A stretch of DNA of 64,000 nucleotides, taken from Terriglobales bacterium. GTDB lineage: Bacteria; Acidobacteriota; Terriglobia; Terriglobales; SCQP01. Position 1 is the stretch's first letter. The number at the start of each line of letters is the position of its first letter. Positions 43,112 through 52,417 of this stretch are shown here, one piece after another. Made by a program: the position numbers and the translations under genes. Location of the stretch: positions 40,587 through 104,586 of the forward strand of contig JBOGKM010000110.1 of the NCBI GenBank assembly GCA_050747745.1. Direction: 5' to 3'. Under the pieces are notes generated by a model. The model searched no databases. It was not told where the DNA came from and saw only the letters and a program-made list of their open reading frames with translations.

Positions 43112-45169
43112 TTAGTGCTTGATCATGCTCTCATCGAACGTTTCCCCAGGGCCGTTGTAAGTTGCGCCCTGAGGCACAATCCAGACTTCATCCTGATGCG
43201 GTCCATCCGCATGCCGGACCTGGATGCGATCGCTGGCAATGCCCTTTTGATTCACCAAATAATCCTTGGCATGCACGGCGCGCTCCTCGGCCAGCCGCAG
43301 CGTGGTGGCCGCCGAAAGCGGATGGCGGCGCGCCACCTCCGTGGACGTTGCGTATCCGACGATCACTGCCTGAGCAGAGGCATCCTGCTGCAAGCGCAAA
43401 GCTATGTCGTCCAGCGCCGCCTTGGCGATGTTGTTCACCCGCGAGCTATTGGGTGCGAATTGGAAGGTGGTGGCCAGGGTGGCCTGCGGCGGCGGGGGCG
43501 GCGTTTCGATGGTTGCCTGCGCCGAACAGCTTGCCGATAAACCACGATCATCGGTTACGATCAGCCTGCCGGTGACTGGGCCGGGCGTGGCGCCGGTGGT
43601 ATCCAGATGCACGGTCGCTTGCGAGGTGGTGTCCAGGTGACCGGCACTGGAGGGATCGACCGTCCAGGCGTAGGTCAGCGGACGATTGTCGGGACTGGAG
43701 GCCTGGCCGGTAAAGGTAAGTGATGCCCCAGGCAGCACCGAGTCCGGACTGACCGAACAGGAAGCGGCGGGAGGATGGCGAACGGGCACGCGTACTTCCA
43801 CCTGGGTCGAGCAGGAAGCCGACTGGCCGGTGCTATTGCTCACCTTGCCGGTGATCGTGTACATGCCGGGCGCCAGGCCGGTAGTATCGAGCGCGGCCGA
43901 ACTGCCCGAGGGAGTAAGCTGACCGCCGGTAGAAGTCCAGGTATAGGTATAAGGGGGGCCGCTGGGGCTGACCGTGGAGGTAATCTGCACGCTGGTGCCA
44001 GGCTGCACCGGGCTTTGGCTCACCTGGCAGGCGAGCGTCGGCGGCGTCGGTGGCGGCGCAGGGTGCGTCGCCGGCGGGCCGAAACTCAGCCCAAAAACAA
44101 ACCCGCTCACATTAGTGGTGGGCGAATGGGCGGCAAAACGATAGCCGGCGTTGATGCCCATCCAGGAGATCGGATTGTAGCGGATGCCGCCAGTCACATC
44201 CACCGGACGCGGCGCACCCAGGTACAACACCGGGTTGTAGCCGGCACCGAAATAAGAGCTTCCGGTCAACTCCACGATGCCCTGTAAACGCGTATGCAAC
44301 GGAAAGATCTCACCAAAGCCCCAGTTGATCTGATCGCGCAGGGGAAGGTACACGCCATCCTTGTTGATCGTGCCGTTGTGCTGGTAACCGATATTGGCGA
44401 CCATTTCCCCGGCGGTGCCGAGCCGCTTGTCCAGCAGCACGTTGTCCTGGAACCAAGGCTCGGTCGTGGTCACGCCATGCACCAGAGCGCCCTGGGCAAA
44501 ATCAGTGTGATAGGGGGCGTGTTCGGCAAACTGCAGTGCCAGGCCGAACTTGTCGCCACGATCCTGCGACAGCAGTCCGATGGTGGCGGCAAGACTCCAA
44601 TCAGGAGCACCATGCAGCAGTGGACTACGCGCAAACGGCGCCATGGGATTGAAACTGCCGAAGGTGCCGTTCACCGGCCAGGTCAATTGTTCCGGATGGG
44701 TCACACGCACACGGCGATACGGGGTGGTGGCAAAAGTAATTTCCAGCCAGCGCGTGATTCCGACCGTCCAGCCGGTGTCTACATCGGTAAACACCAGGCC
44801 GCCGGGAGAGCGGGAAAAACGCTGAACATATGCGCCGGAACTCACCTGACCGGGCGCCAGCGTCTCGGCAAACTGCGTGCTCCAGAGGCCCGGCGTGCCT
44901 TCCAGCGAGCCTTGCATCTGGCTGGGCACAAAACCCGAACTGGCGCTGGCCTGGGCCGCCTGGGCCGCCGCCAGCAGCGGCGCGAACGGGTCCGGCAACG
45001 GAGTCGCCAGGGCCGCGCTCAGCGCCAAACCACCGCCCGGCGCCGTGTACGGACCATTGTCGGGCGGCGCCGCCCGAAGCCCGGCGGACAGTAACGCCAT
45101 CACCATGATGCCCAGGGCCATGCACCGCAGGTCCGGCACACAAAATCCTGCACTGATTCTTTGCTTCAT
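43112..45169 (-). CDS. OmpA-family outer-membrane protein with N-terminal barrel-like region and two PKD/Ig-like domains
   Basis: C-terminal OmpA-like domain (FQFAPNSSRVNNIAKAALDDIALRL...VIVGYATS...RLAEERAVHAKDYL). Two ~85-aa Cys-bracketed Ig-like repeats (..PYTYTWTSTGG.., ..LTYAWTVDPS..). N-terminal signal peptide. Confidence 0.8.
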   Translation of the reverse strand: MKQRISAGFCVPDLRCMALGIMVMALLSAGLRAAPPDNGPYTAPGGGLALSAALATPLPDPFAPLLAAAQAAQASASSGFVPSQMQGSLEGTPGLWSTQFAETLAPGQVSSGAYVQRFSRSPGGLVFTDVDTGWTVGITRWLEITFATTPYRRVRVTHPEQLTWPVNGTFGSFNPMAPFARSPLLHGAPDWSLAATIGLLSQDRGDKFGLALQFAEHAPYHTDFAQGALVHGVTTTEPWFQDNVLLDKRLGTAGEMVANIGYQHNGTINKDGVYLPLRDQINWGFGEIFPLHTRLQGIVELTGSSYFGAGYNPVLYLGAPRPVDVTGGIRYNPISWMGINAGYRFAAHSPTTNVSGFVFGLSFGPPATHPAPPPTPPTLACQVSQSPVQPGTSVQITSTVSPSGPPYTYTWTSTGGQLTPSGSSAALDTTGLAPGMYTITGKVSNSTGQSASCSTQVEVRVPVRHPPAASCSVSPDSVLPGASLTFTGQASSPDNRPLTYAWTVDPSSAGHLDTTSQATVHLDTTGATPGPVTGRLIVTDDRGLSASCSAQATIETPPPPPQATLATTFQFAPNSSRVNNIAKAALDDIALRLQQDASAQAVIVGYATSTEVARRHPLSAATTLRLAEERAVHAKDYLVNQKGIASDRIQVRHADGPHQDEVWIVPQGATYNGPGETFDESMIKH

Positions 45170-45273
45170 TCCTACCTATTCCTTCCATCCGTTCACAAGG
45201 AGGCGTTGCCAGAGCTCGCAGGAGCCTTACCGGAAAGAGATGACGTCACGCCATCCGGTACATGCTCCAAAGT

Positions 45274-45291
45274 AATTAGATTGTTCTAATT
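45274..45291. promoter_or_regulatory. AT-rich perfect inverted repeat (operator-like) in a divergent intergenic region
   Basis: AATTAGA-ttgt-TCTAATT in a locally AT-rich stretch. An 8-bp palindrome TGACGTCA lies at 45241..45248. The region separates the OmpA-family gene from the NtrC-type regulator gene. Confidence 0.3.
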
Positions 45292-45414
45292 TTACACCAA
45301 GTGGAATTCCGCTCCCGAAGCTGCGGATGGGAATCACTGCTGATTCCAGGGGATTCCGGTCGCCTGGCTCGCAGGAGCGCAGATCGTGGGAGCGCGGACT
45401 GGTAGAGTGAAGGG

Positions 45415-46785
45415 ATGAAGCGGTCTCGCGTGCTCGTAGTGGACGACGAAGCCAATGAGCGCCACGGCCTGGCGGAGCTGCTGGGCGCGTGGGGCTACGA
45501 AGTGGATGCGGCTGCCGATGGTGTCGAGGCCCTGGAGCGGCTGACACGAACCCTGCCGGAAGCGGTGCTGACCGATATTCGCATGCCGCGCCTGGACGGG
45601 CTGCAGTTGCTGGAGCGCATCCGTCAACGCCACGGCGAACTGCCGGTGCTGGTGCTCACCGGCCAAGGATCCAAAGAGGCCGTAATTGCCTGTCTGCGGC
45701 TGCGGGCCAACGATTACATTGAAAAACCCATTCGCAGCGAAGAATTGAAGCAACGGCTGGCGGATGTAGTGAGTACCGCCGATCCGGTGCAGGCGAAGGT
45801 GCGAGAGCAGGATGGCGCAGATGAATTTGTCGGCATCTCGGCCATGGCGCAACGGGTGCGCAGCCTCATTGAACAAGTGGCGCCCACCACGGCCAACGTG
45901 CTGATCACGGGCGAAAGCGGAACCGGAAAAGAAGTGGTGGCACGGCGCATCCATGCACTCAGTCCGCGGCGGGACCGGACGTTTCTGGCCATCAATTGTT
46001 CGGCGATCCCGGAAAGCCTGATGGAGAGCGAAATTTTCGGGCACGAAAAGGGAGCCTTTACCGGTGCCCAGGACCGGCGCGCCGGCTGCTTCGAGCTGGC
46101 GGAAGGGGGCACGCTGCTGCTGGATGAAATCGGGGAAATGCCGGCCGCCACCCAAGCCAAGCTGTTACGCGTGCTGGAGGAGCGGCGACTGCGGCGACTG
46201 GGCAGCCGGCAGGAAATCCCGGTCAACGTACGCGTGCTGGCGGCGACCAATCGGCCCCCCGCTGAAGCGGTCGCGGCAGGGCAGTTGCGCGCCGATCTTT
46301 ACTACCGGCTAAACGTTTTCCATCTGTACCTGCCGCCCCTGCGCGAGCACCGCGAAGATTTGCCGGCCCTGGCCGCGGCGCTGCTGCGCCCGCTGAACCA
46401 GCGGCACGGACGAGCGGTAGCAAGCATCGCAGCCGACGTTCTGCGCCAGTTCGCCGCCTACGCGTGGCCGGGCAACGTACGCGAGCTGCGCAACACGCTG
46501 GAGCGGGCGGTGATCGTAGCAGAAGGGCCGGTGCTGGAGGCGCGCCATTTGGCGGAGGAGTTTGGCGCCGCGCCGGCGCTGGCGGCCAGCGCCGAGGGCG
46601 AGTGCGTGCGCGTGCCGGTGGGAGCGACGGTGGATGAAGGCGAACGTCTGCTCATCCTCAACACCCTGGCCCGTGAAGGCAACAACAAGACGCGCGCCGC
46701 CGAGCGGCTGGGCATCAGCCTGAAAACCCTGCAAAATAAACTGAAGGAGTATGCCGCCCAGGGCTGGGAGCAGAGGCAGCGCTAG
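45415..46785 (+). CDS. Sigma-54-dependent response regulator (NtrC family, canonical receiver)
   Basis: The receiver has VVDDE, AVLTDIRMP, VLTGQG and YIEKP. AAA+ GESGTGKEVVARRIH and GAFTGA. C-terminal HTH KTRAAERLGISLKTLQNKLK. Confidence 0.88.
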   Translation: MKRSRVLVVDDEANERHGLAELLGAWGYEVDAAADGVEALERLTRTLPEAVLTDIRMPRLDGLQLLERIRQRHGELPVLVLTGQGSKEAVIACLRLRANDYIEKPIRSEELKQRLADVVSTADPVQAKVREQDGADEFVGISAMAQRVRSLIEQVAPTTANVLITGESGTGKEVVARRIHALSPRRDRTFLAINCSAIPESLMESEIFGHEKGAFTGAQDRRAGCFELAEGGTLLLDEIGEMPAATQAKLLRVLEERRLRRLGSRQEIPVNVRVLAATNRPPAEAVAAGQLRADLYYRLNVFHLYLPPLREHREDLPALAAALLRPLNQRHGRAVASIAADVLRQFAAYAWPGNVRELRNTLERAVIVAEGPVLEARHLAEEFGAAPALAASAEGECVRVPVGATVDEGERLLILNTLAREGNNKTRAAERLGISLKTLQNKLKEYAAQGWEQRQR

Positions 46786-46838
46786 CACGGCGGCAGCGCT
46801 GTGGTGCTGCCCGGACCGCCGCAGGGGCGCGTCGGCGC

Positions 46839-48716
46839 GTGAAGCTGAAAACCAAAATCACGCTTAGCATTTCCTTGCTGGTGCTGCTTGTGGTGCTGGC
46901 GGTGACGCTGGTGTATCTGGCGGCGGGCATGCGGCAGCAGTTGCAGGCGGAGTACACCCACGCCGATTTCCTGGCGCGGGAAGTGTACAGCCAGATGGGG
47001 CAGGAATGGAGCACGGCCGACGTCAGCGGTCTGGGTACGCCCGCAGGCGCCGCCGCGCTGCAGAATTTTCTCGGGCAACTGCCCCGCAACGTGGCGCTCA
47101 ACACGCTGTTCAATGCTGCCATCGGCTACAACAGCGCCATCCGTGACATAGCGGTGATCGGTCCCGGCGGCCAAGTGGTGATGGACTCCAACCCGCTGCT
47201 GGCGGGACACCCGCAGCCGCAGCGGCCCGATATGACCGCATTGACGGCGGCGGGGCTGTGGCGGCAAACGCGCGCGGTGCTGGGTCCGGAGGCAATTTAC
47301 GCGGTGAACCTGCCGGTGGAGGCGGGCGGGACGCCGCTGGGCACCATCAGCGTGGGAGTGGACTCGGTGCTGTTGCGCCAGGCGATGCTGGGGCGGATGC
47401 GGCACTTGTTGCTCTATGGCGCCTTGATCGTGCTGCTGGCCACCGGCCTGGCCTGGAGCCTGGCGGAGCTGGCGCTGGCGCCGCTGGCGGCCATCAGCGC
47501 GCAGGTGGACCGCCTCATGGCGGCCGCAGCCTCCAAGTTGCCGCAGGAAGAGGGCGGCGTCGGTGATGAGCTGGGGCGGGTGCAGTCGAAAATCGAACGC
47601 CTGGGACAGCAAATTCAGGACTCGCGCCAGGTCTACACCACGCTGCAGGAAAACGTGGGGCACGTGCTGGCGGGCTTGGAGGAAGGACTGTTGCTGTTTG
47701 ATAGCCGCGGGCGCAGCGTGATGGCCAGTGCCGCCATGCCGCGCTTGTTGGGCTTACCCGCGGAAGCGCTGGTGGGACGCGAAGTGGAGGAGCTGTTTCC
47801 CGGTTCCGGCGGCCTGGACGCAGCGGTGCGCGAGGCGGTGCGGCGCCAGCAGCCGCTGCCGGCGCAGGAAGATCAGCGCCAGCCGGGAGGGCGGCCGCTA
47901 CTTGCACGGCTGGAACGGATCGGCGGCACGGACGGCACGGGAGGCGCCCTGCTGACCTTGCGCGACGCCGAACCGCTCTCGCGCCTGGAGAGCGAACTGG
48001 AGCTGGCACGGCGGCTGTCGGCTGTTGGCCGCCTCACGCGCGGCGTGGCGCACGAGGTCAAAAACCCGCTCAACGCCATGGCCATCCATCTCGATCTGCT
48101 GCGCACCAAATCGGCGGCGGGCGGCGACGGACTGGGGCCCCACATCGAGGTCATCGGGCACGAAATCGAGCGTCTGGACCGGGTGGTGCGGGCCTTTCTG
48201 GATTTCAGCCGCCCGCTGGAGCTGCAACTGGCGGCGGTGGATCTGAGCGAGGTGGCGCGCGGGGTGGAGCAATTGGTACAGGCCGAGGCCGCCGCCAAAG
48301 GCATCGAGCTGGAGGTGCTGGCGCCGCGGCCGGGACCGCGCGTCTGGCTGGATCGCGACCTGATCGAGCAGGCACTTTTGAATCTGGTGAATAATGGGAT
48401 GCAGGCGATGGAAGCGGCCACCGCGGCCGCGCCGCGCCGTCTGAGCCTGGAGGTGGAAGAGCGGGAACAGCAAGCGCTGGTGCGGGTGCGGGATTACGGG
48501 CCGGGCATTGCCACCGAGCATCAGGACAAGATCTTTGACCTCTACTTCACCACCCGCAGCGAAGGCAGCGGCATCGGTCTGGCGCTGGCGGCGCGGATCA
48601 TGCAATTGCACCATGGCGCGATCGAGCTGGAAGCGCCGGGCGCGGCGCCGGGGGCGAGCTTTCTGCTGCGCTTTCCGCTGCGCCGGGAAGGCGAGGCGGT
48701 GCATGCCGCCGGTTAA
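46839..48716 (+). CDS. Sensor histidine kinase (TM-sensor-TM, HAMP, PAS-like, HisKA, HATPase_c)
   Basis: H-box GVAHEVKNPLNAM, N-box LLNLVNNGMQA, G-boxes DYGPGI and GSGIGLALA. GTG start 54 nt after the regulator gene. Confidence 0.85.
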   Translation: MKLKTKITLSISLLVLLVVLAVTLVYLAAGMRQQLQAEYTHADFLAREVYSQMGQEWSTADVSGLGTPAGAAALQNFLGQLPRNVALNTLFNAAIGYNSAIRDIAVIGPGGQVVMDSNPLLAGHPQPQRPDMTALTAAGLWRQTRAVLGPEAIYAVNLPVEAGGTPLGTISVGVDSVLLRQAMLGRMRHLLLYGALIVLLATGLAWSLAELALAPLAAISAQVDRLMAAAASKLPQEEGGVGDELGRVQSKIERLGQQIQDSRQVYTTLQENVGHVLAGLEEGLLLFDSRGRSVMASAAMPRLLGLPAEALVGREVEELFPGSGGLDAAVREAVRRQQPLPAQEDQRQPGGRPLLARLERIGGTDGTGGALLTLRDAEPLSRLESELELARRLSAVGRLTRGVAHEVKNPLNAMAIHLDLLRTKSAAGGDGLGPHIEVIGHEIERLDRVVRAFLDFSRPLELQLAAVDLSEVARGVEQLVQAEAAAKGIELEVLAPRPGPRVWLDRDLIEQALLNLVNNGMQAMEAATAAAPRRLSLEVEEREQQALVRVRDYGPGIATEHQDKIFDLYFTTRSEGSGIGLALAARIMQLHHGAIELEAPGAAPGASFLLRFPLRREGEAVHAAG

Positions 48717-49266
48717 ATCAGCGCTCAGCGCGGGGGTGCTGCTGGCGGCCGCACTGCTGGCGGGCGGCTGCGGACTGTTCCATCGCACCCCTCAGCCGCC
48801 GCCGGTATACATTTTCGAGCCGCCGATGTTTTTTCCCGCGTCCCCGCCCGGCCCCATGCCGGATCCGGTGGTGCTCACGCCCGATCCGGCGGCGGCGCCG
48901 CCTTGGACGTTTGCACTGGAAATTGGGCCGCCGCCGCCGCGACCGCGACCGCGGCGTGCGCCCGAGCGGGAACCGCTACACCCGGCAGCGCCCGAACCGC
49001 CGCCGCCGCCCCAGTTGAACCCCGGTCTGAGCGCGCGCGAGCAAACCGCCTACCGCGGCCAGGTGCTGGCCACGCTGCAGAGCGCGCGATCCGACCTCCG
49101 GCAACTGGCCCGGCGCGCGCTTTCGAGCACGGCGGCGGCCACCCGCGCCCAGGCGGGCGAGTACGTGCGCCAGGCGCAAGCGGCGCTCGCGCAGGGCGAC
49201 TTGCTGCGCGCACAGACCCTGGCCGACAAAGCCGAAACCCTGGCGCGGTTTCTTCTGGGGCAATGA
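48703..49266 (+). CDS. Proline-rich putative lipoprotein
   Basis: Start taken at ATG 48703 (MPPVKSALSAGVLLAAALLAGGCG, lipobox-like). A Pro-rich linker precedes a helical C-terminus. It overlaps the end of the kinase gene. Confidence 0.5.
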   Translation: MPPVKSALSAGVLLAAALLAGGCGLFHRTPQPPPVYIFEPPMFFPASPPGPMPDPVVLTPDPAAAPPWTFALEIGPPPPRPRPRRAPEREPLHPAAPEPPPPPQLNPGLSAREQTAYRGQVLATLQSARSDLRQLARRALSSTAAATRAQAGEYVRQAQAALAQGDLLRAQTLADKAETLARFLLGQ

Positions 49267-49270
49267 GTCC

Positions 49271-49969
49271 ATGAGGAAAGCCCCGCCCCTGGCGCCCACG
49301 CTGGCACAGTTGGCCCGCCAGATTGAGCAGTGTGAACGCTGTCCGCGCTTGCGCGCCTATGCGGCCGCGGTGTGCCAGCGGCGGCGCAAAGCCTTTGCCG
49401 CTCAAACCTACTGGGGCAAGCCGGTAGCCGGGTTTGGCGACCCCAACGCGCGTCTGCTGCTGGTCGGACTGGCGCCCGCGGCCCATGGCGCGCTGCGCAC
49501 CGGCCGCATGTTTACCGGCGACCGCAGCGGCGATTTTCTCTTCGCTGCCTTGCACCGCGCCGGGTTTTGCAACCAGCCGGTCAGCCAACATCGCGATGAT
49601 GGCCTGCGCCTGCACGATGCCTGGCTGGGCGCGGCCGCCCGCTGCGCTCCGCCCGGCAATCGCCCCACGCCCGCCGAACTGCGGCGCTGCCGTCCCTATC
49701 TGGAGCGTGAACTGGCGCTGCTGCCGCAGCTGCGGGTGATAATCAGCCTGGGCGGATTAGGCCATGACCAGCTTTTGCACGCCCTCAGCGCACCGCGGCC
49801 CTACAGCCGCTTTCGCTTTGTCCACGGGGGCGAATACCGATTCGAGCGCTGGCAACTGCTGGCCTGCTACCACCCCAGCCAGCAAAATACGTTTACGGGC
49901 CGTCTCACGCCTGCGATGATGGACGCAGTGCTGGCGCGCGCCCGTGTGCTGGTCGACCAAAGCACCTAG
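49271..49969 (+). CDS. Uracil-DNA glycosylase superfamily, family 4/5 (Fe-S type; motif looks family-5/UdgB-like)
   Basis: CERCPRL and LLLVGLAPAAHGALRTGRMFTGDRSG, the GLAPAxHG motif of family 5. Confidence 0.75.
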   Translation: MRKAPPLAPTLAQLARQIEQCERCPRLRAYAAAVCQRRRKAFAAQTYWGKPVAGFGDPNARLLLVGLAPAAHGALRTGRMFTGDRSGDFLFAALHRAGFCNQPVSQHRDDGLRLHDAWLGAAARCAPPGNRPTPAELRRCRPYLERELALLPQLRVIISLGGLGHDQLLHALSAPRPYSRFRFVHGGEYRFERWQLLACYHPSQQNTFTGRLTPAMMDAVLARARVLVDQST

Positions 49970-50226
49970 CGGCCGAAGTAGACCGCATTTTTGGCGGCGT
50001 AGTCTTTCCACTGCTCCGGCAGGTCATCGAGCGCGAAAATCGCTGTCACGGGACATACGGGCACGCACGCGCCGCAATCAATGCACTCTACCGGATCAAT
50101 AAAGAGCTGCTGGGCGTCAGCAAATTCGCCTTCGTCGGTTTTGGGGTGAATGCAGTCCACCGGGCAGGCATCCACGCAGGCGCTGTCCTTGGTCCCGATG
50201 CACGGCTCGGCAATCACATAGGCCAT
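49966..50226 (-). CDS. fdxA: Ferredoxin (7Fe-type, 3Fe-4S + 4Fe-4S)
   Basis: CIGTKDSACVDACPVDCI and CIDCGACVPVCP cluster motifs. 86 aa. Confidence 0.85.
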   Translation of the reverse strand: MAYVIAEPCIGTKDSACVDACPVDCIHPKTDEGEFADAQQLFIDPVECIDCGACVPVCPVTAIFALDDLPEQWKDYAAKNAVYFGR

Positions 50227-50673
50227 AGGACACCCAGTATAGAGCCAAATCGGCCTTGGTGAAACCAGCGGAACCGCGCTGCCCCGGACCAGTTTTCACG
50301 CCAGCCAGCGGGTCCCTGCCCGCCGGCACGAAATCGAAATTCGGCAGGCCCATGGCCGCCGGTGGTGGTGTCGATCGTGATCGTTCCGCTGAGCACTGAG
50401 CCGCTTGCAAAAGTGCCGCTGGCGGCGAACGTCCGGATGGTATCGGCCGCGACGCGCGGGGCCGCGAAGCCGGGGAAGAGGAAGAGCAGGAAGGCGCCTG
50501 CGATGATGGCAATCTGACGGGCGCCGCGATTTTTCGTCTATGCGTGGTCCTGCCAGTTGCAGGAGGAAACCTCACGGCGTGGTGCATATGTCAAGAAACG
50601 CCCGCATATGCAACGGTTTGCACACGTCCGTCACCCGGCGGAATGCAGCTTGCTTCCCGTTATGTGGGCAGCT

Positions 50674-51597
50674 TCAGTTAACCTTCAGCCGCAGCAGGCT
50701 GGCGGGAGCGTGGCGCTGGCCATCGCTGACGAAGCGGCGGCGGGGATAGCGCGCGAAATAGCTCATCCAGTGGTCGAATTCCGGCGTAAAGGCCTGAATG
50801 CGCGGCAAGTGCGCGTGCGGCAGACCGGCAATCAGCGGTGAGGGCGCGGGACCGGAGCCGACCAGGACCACGGCACTGTAATTCCAGCGCACCGTCACCG
50901 GAGCCGCACGCGGGGTGGGATTTCCCGTCCAGGCGCCGCCCACCACCAGTTGATCGTTGCGCGGCGCTACGCCGTAAGGCAGTGCCAGCGAGGTGACAGC
51001 ATAGCCGGGCAACCAGCGGTCAATGTGGTATTGCGCCAAGCCCACCTCGCGTTCCACCGCCGCGGGCGTAAGGTGGCGCAAATTGGGGTGGTCCCAGGTG
51101 TGATTGCCGATTTCCGATCCCAGCTGCACCAGCATTTGCAGCTTGCGCTGAATGTAGACGCGCTGCGCGAACACGTCCGTGCCGGGATTAATAAAAAAGG
51201 TGCCATGGACGGGAAACTCGGGATGGGTTTTCGCGAAGGCCACCCACTGCCCGACGGCGCTTTCCGGATCGAGCTGACCCGCAGGCGTAAAGCGCATCTG
51301 GTACTTCGAGCTGTCGTCGAAGGTCAGCACCACGGGCGAGGTGCCCGCGGGCAGCACGAAATTGCCGCTGACGTACTGGCGCAAGGTGATAGGACGGTAA
51401 CTGGCCGCATCCAGGCGCGCCAGATCGCGATCGAAGCTCGCAAACGAGCGCGTCCAGCGGCCATCTTGAGTACCGAATTTGTGGTAGACGAGAATCATCA
51501 CCTGACCGCGAAGATTCGCATGCAGCCGCGGCGGCGCGGCGGCGGACACGAGTCCCAGCAGCAGAAACACGAAAAGGCTTCGCATCGGCGGTGGCAA
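50674..51597 (-). CDS. Polysaccharide deacetylase (NodB homology) family protein, secreted
   Basis: Signal peptide. LTFDDS (Asp-Asp motif) and GNHTWDHP (His-His motif). Confidence 0.8.
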   Translation of the reverse strand: MPPPMRSLFVFLLLGLVSAAAPPRLHANLRGQVMILVYHKFGTQDGRWTRSFASFDRDLARLDAASYRPITLRQYVSGNFVLPAGTSPVVLTFDDSSKYQMRFTPAGQLDPESAVGQWVAFAKTHPEFPVHGTFFINPGTDVFAQRVYIQRKLQMLVQLGSEIGNHTWDHPNLRHLTPAAVEREVGLAQYHIDRWLPGYAVTSLALPYGVAPRNDQLVVGGAWTGNPTPRAAPVTVRWNYSAVVLVGSGPAPSPLIAGLPHAHLPRIQAFTPEFDHWMSYFARYPRRRFVSDGQRHAPASLLRLKVN

Positions 51598-51638
51598 ACC
51601 TCAGTAACGAATATACGGCATGCTAAGCTCGATGGCGT

Positions 51639-52415
51639 ATGGCGGACGAGATGCGCGGCAAGGTCATACTGGTCATGGGCATTGCCAATCGCTGGAGCTT
51701 GGCCTATGCCATCGCCCAGGCGCTCGCCGGAGCGGGTACGCGGCTGCTGCTCAGCTACCAAGCGGAACGGGTGAAGAAGGCGGTCGAGGAGCTGGGGCAG
51801 GGGCTGGGCGCCACGAACGTCTATCCCTGTGACGTCGGCGAGGATGCATCGATTGCAGCGCTGTTTGACGCCATTGGCCAGGATCTGAACGGGGCGCCGC
51901 TGGGAGGGGTAGTTCATTGTCTGGCGTTTGCGCAAAAGGAGGACCTGGATCGCCCCTTCCACGCCACCAGCCGTGCCGGCTTTTCCCAAGCGCTGGAGAT
52001 CAGCGCCTATTCGCTGGCTGCGGTGGCTCACCGGGCAGCGCCGCTGATGAGCGATGGGGGCGGCATCGTCACGCTGAGCTATCTCGGATCCCAGCGCGTA
52101 GTGCCGCACTACAATGTGATGGGGGTGGCGAAGGCGGCGCTGGAAGCGGCCGTGCGCTATCTGGCGAACGAGCTGGGGCCGCAGGGGATCCGGGTAAATG
52201 CGATTTCCGCCGGACCGGTCAAGACCGCTTCCGCTCGCGCCATCAAGGATTTTTCCTCGATTCTGGAGCTGGTGGCCCAGCGCGCGCCGCTGCGCCGGCT
52301 CACCGATCCAGCCGAGGTCGCCTCGACCGCCCTGTTCCTGCTCAGCCCGGCGGGACGCGGCCTCACCGGCGATACCCTTTTCGTGGATAGCGGTTACCAT
52401 ATTCTGGGGATTTAG
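51639..52415 (+). CDS. fabI: Enoyl-[acyl-carrier-protein] reductase (NADH)
   Basis: GKVILVMGIANRWSLAYAIA, SYLGSQRVVPHYNVMGVAKAALE (Tyr-x6-Lys) and RVNAISAGPVKT. Confidence 0.9.
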   Translation: MADEMRGKVILVMGIANRWSLAYAIAQALAGAGTRLLLSYQAERVKKAVEELGQGLGATNVYPCDVGEDASIAALFDAIGQDLNGAPLGGVVHCLAFAQKEDLDRPFHATSRAGFSQALEISAYSLAAVAHRAAPLMSDGGGIVTLSYLGSQRVVPHYNVMGVAKAALEAAVRYLANELGPQGIRVNAISAGPVKTASARAIKDFSSILELVAQRAPLRRLTDPAEVASTALFLLSPAGRGLTGDTLFVDSGYHILGI

Positions 52416-52417
52416 TA

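Noticed and set aside
43534-43541. A second perfect GCCGATAA (sigma-28 -10 box) on the plus strand
   Set aside because: There is no TAAA 15-16 nt upstream. It lies inside the OmpA-family coding region and points antisense, so it is probably a chance occurrence.
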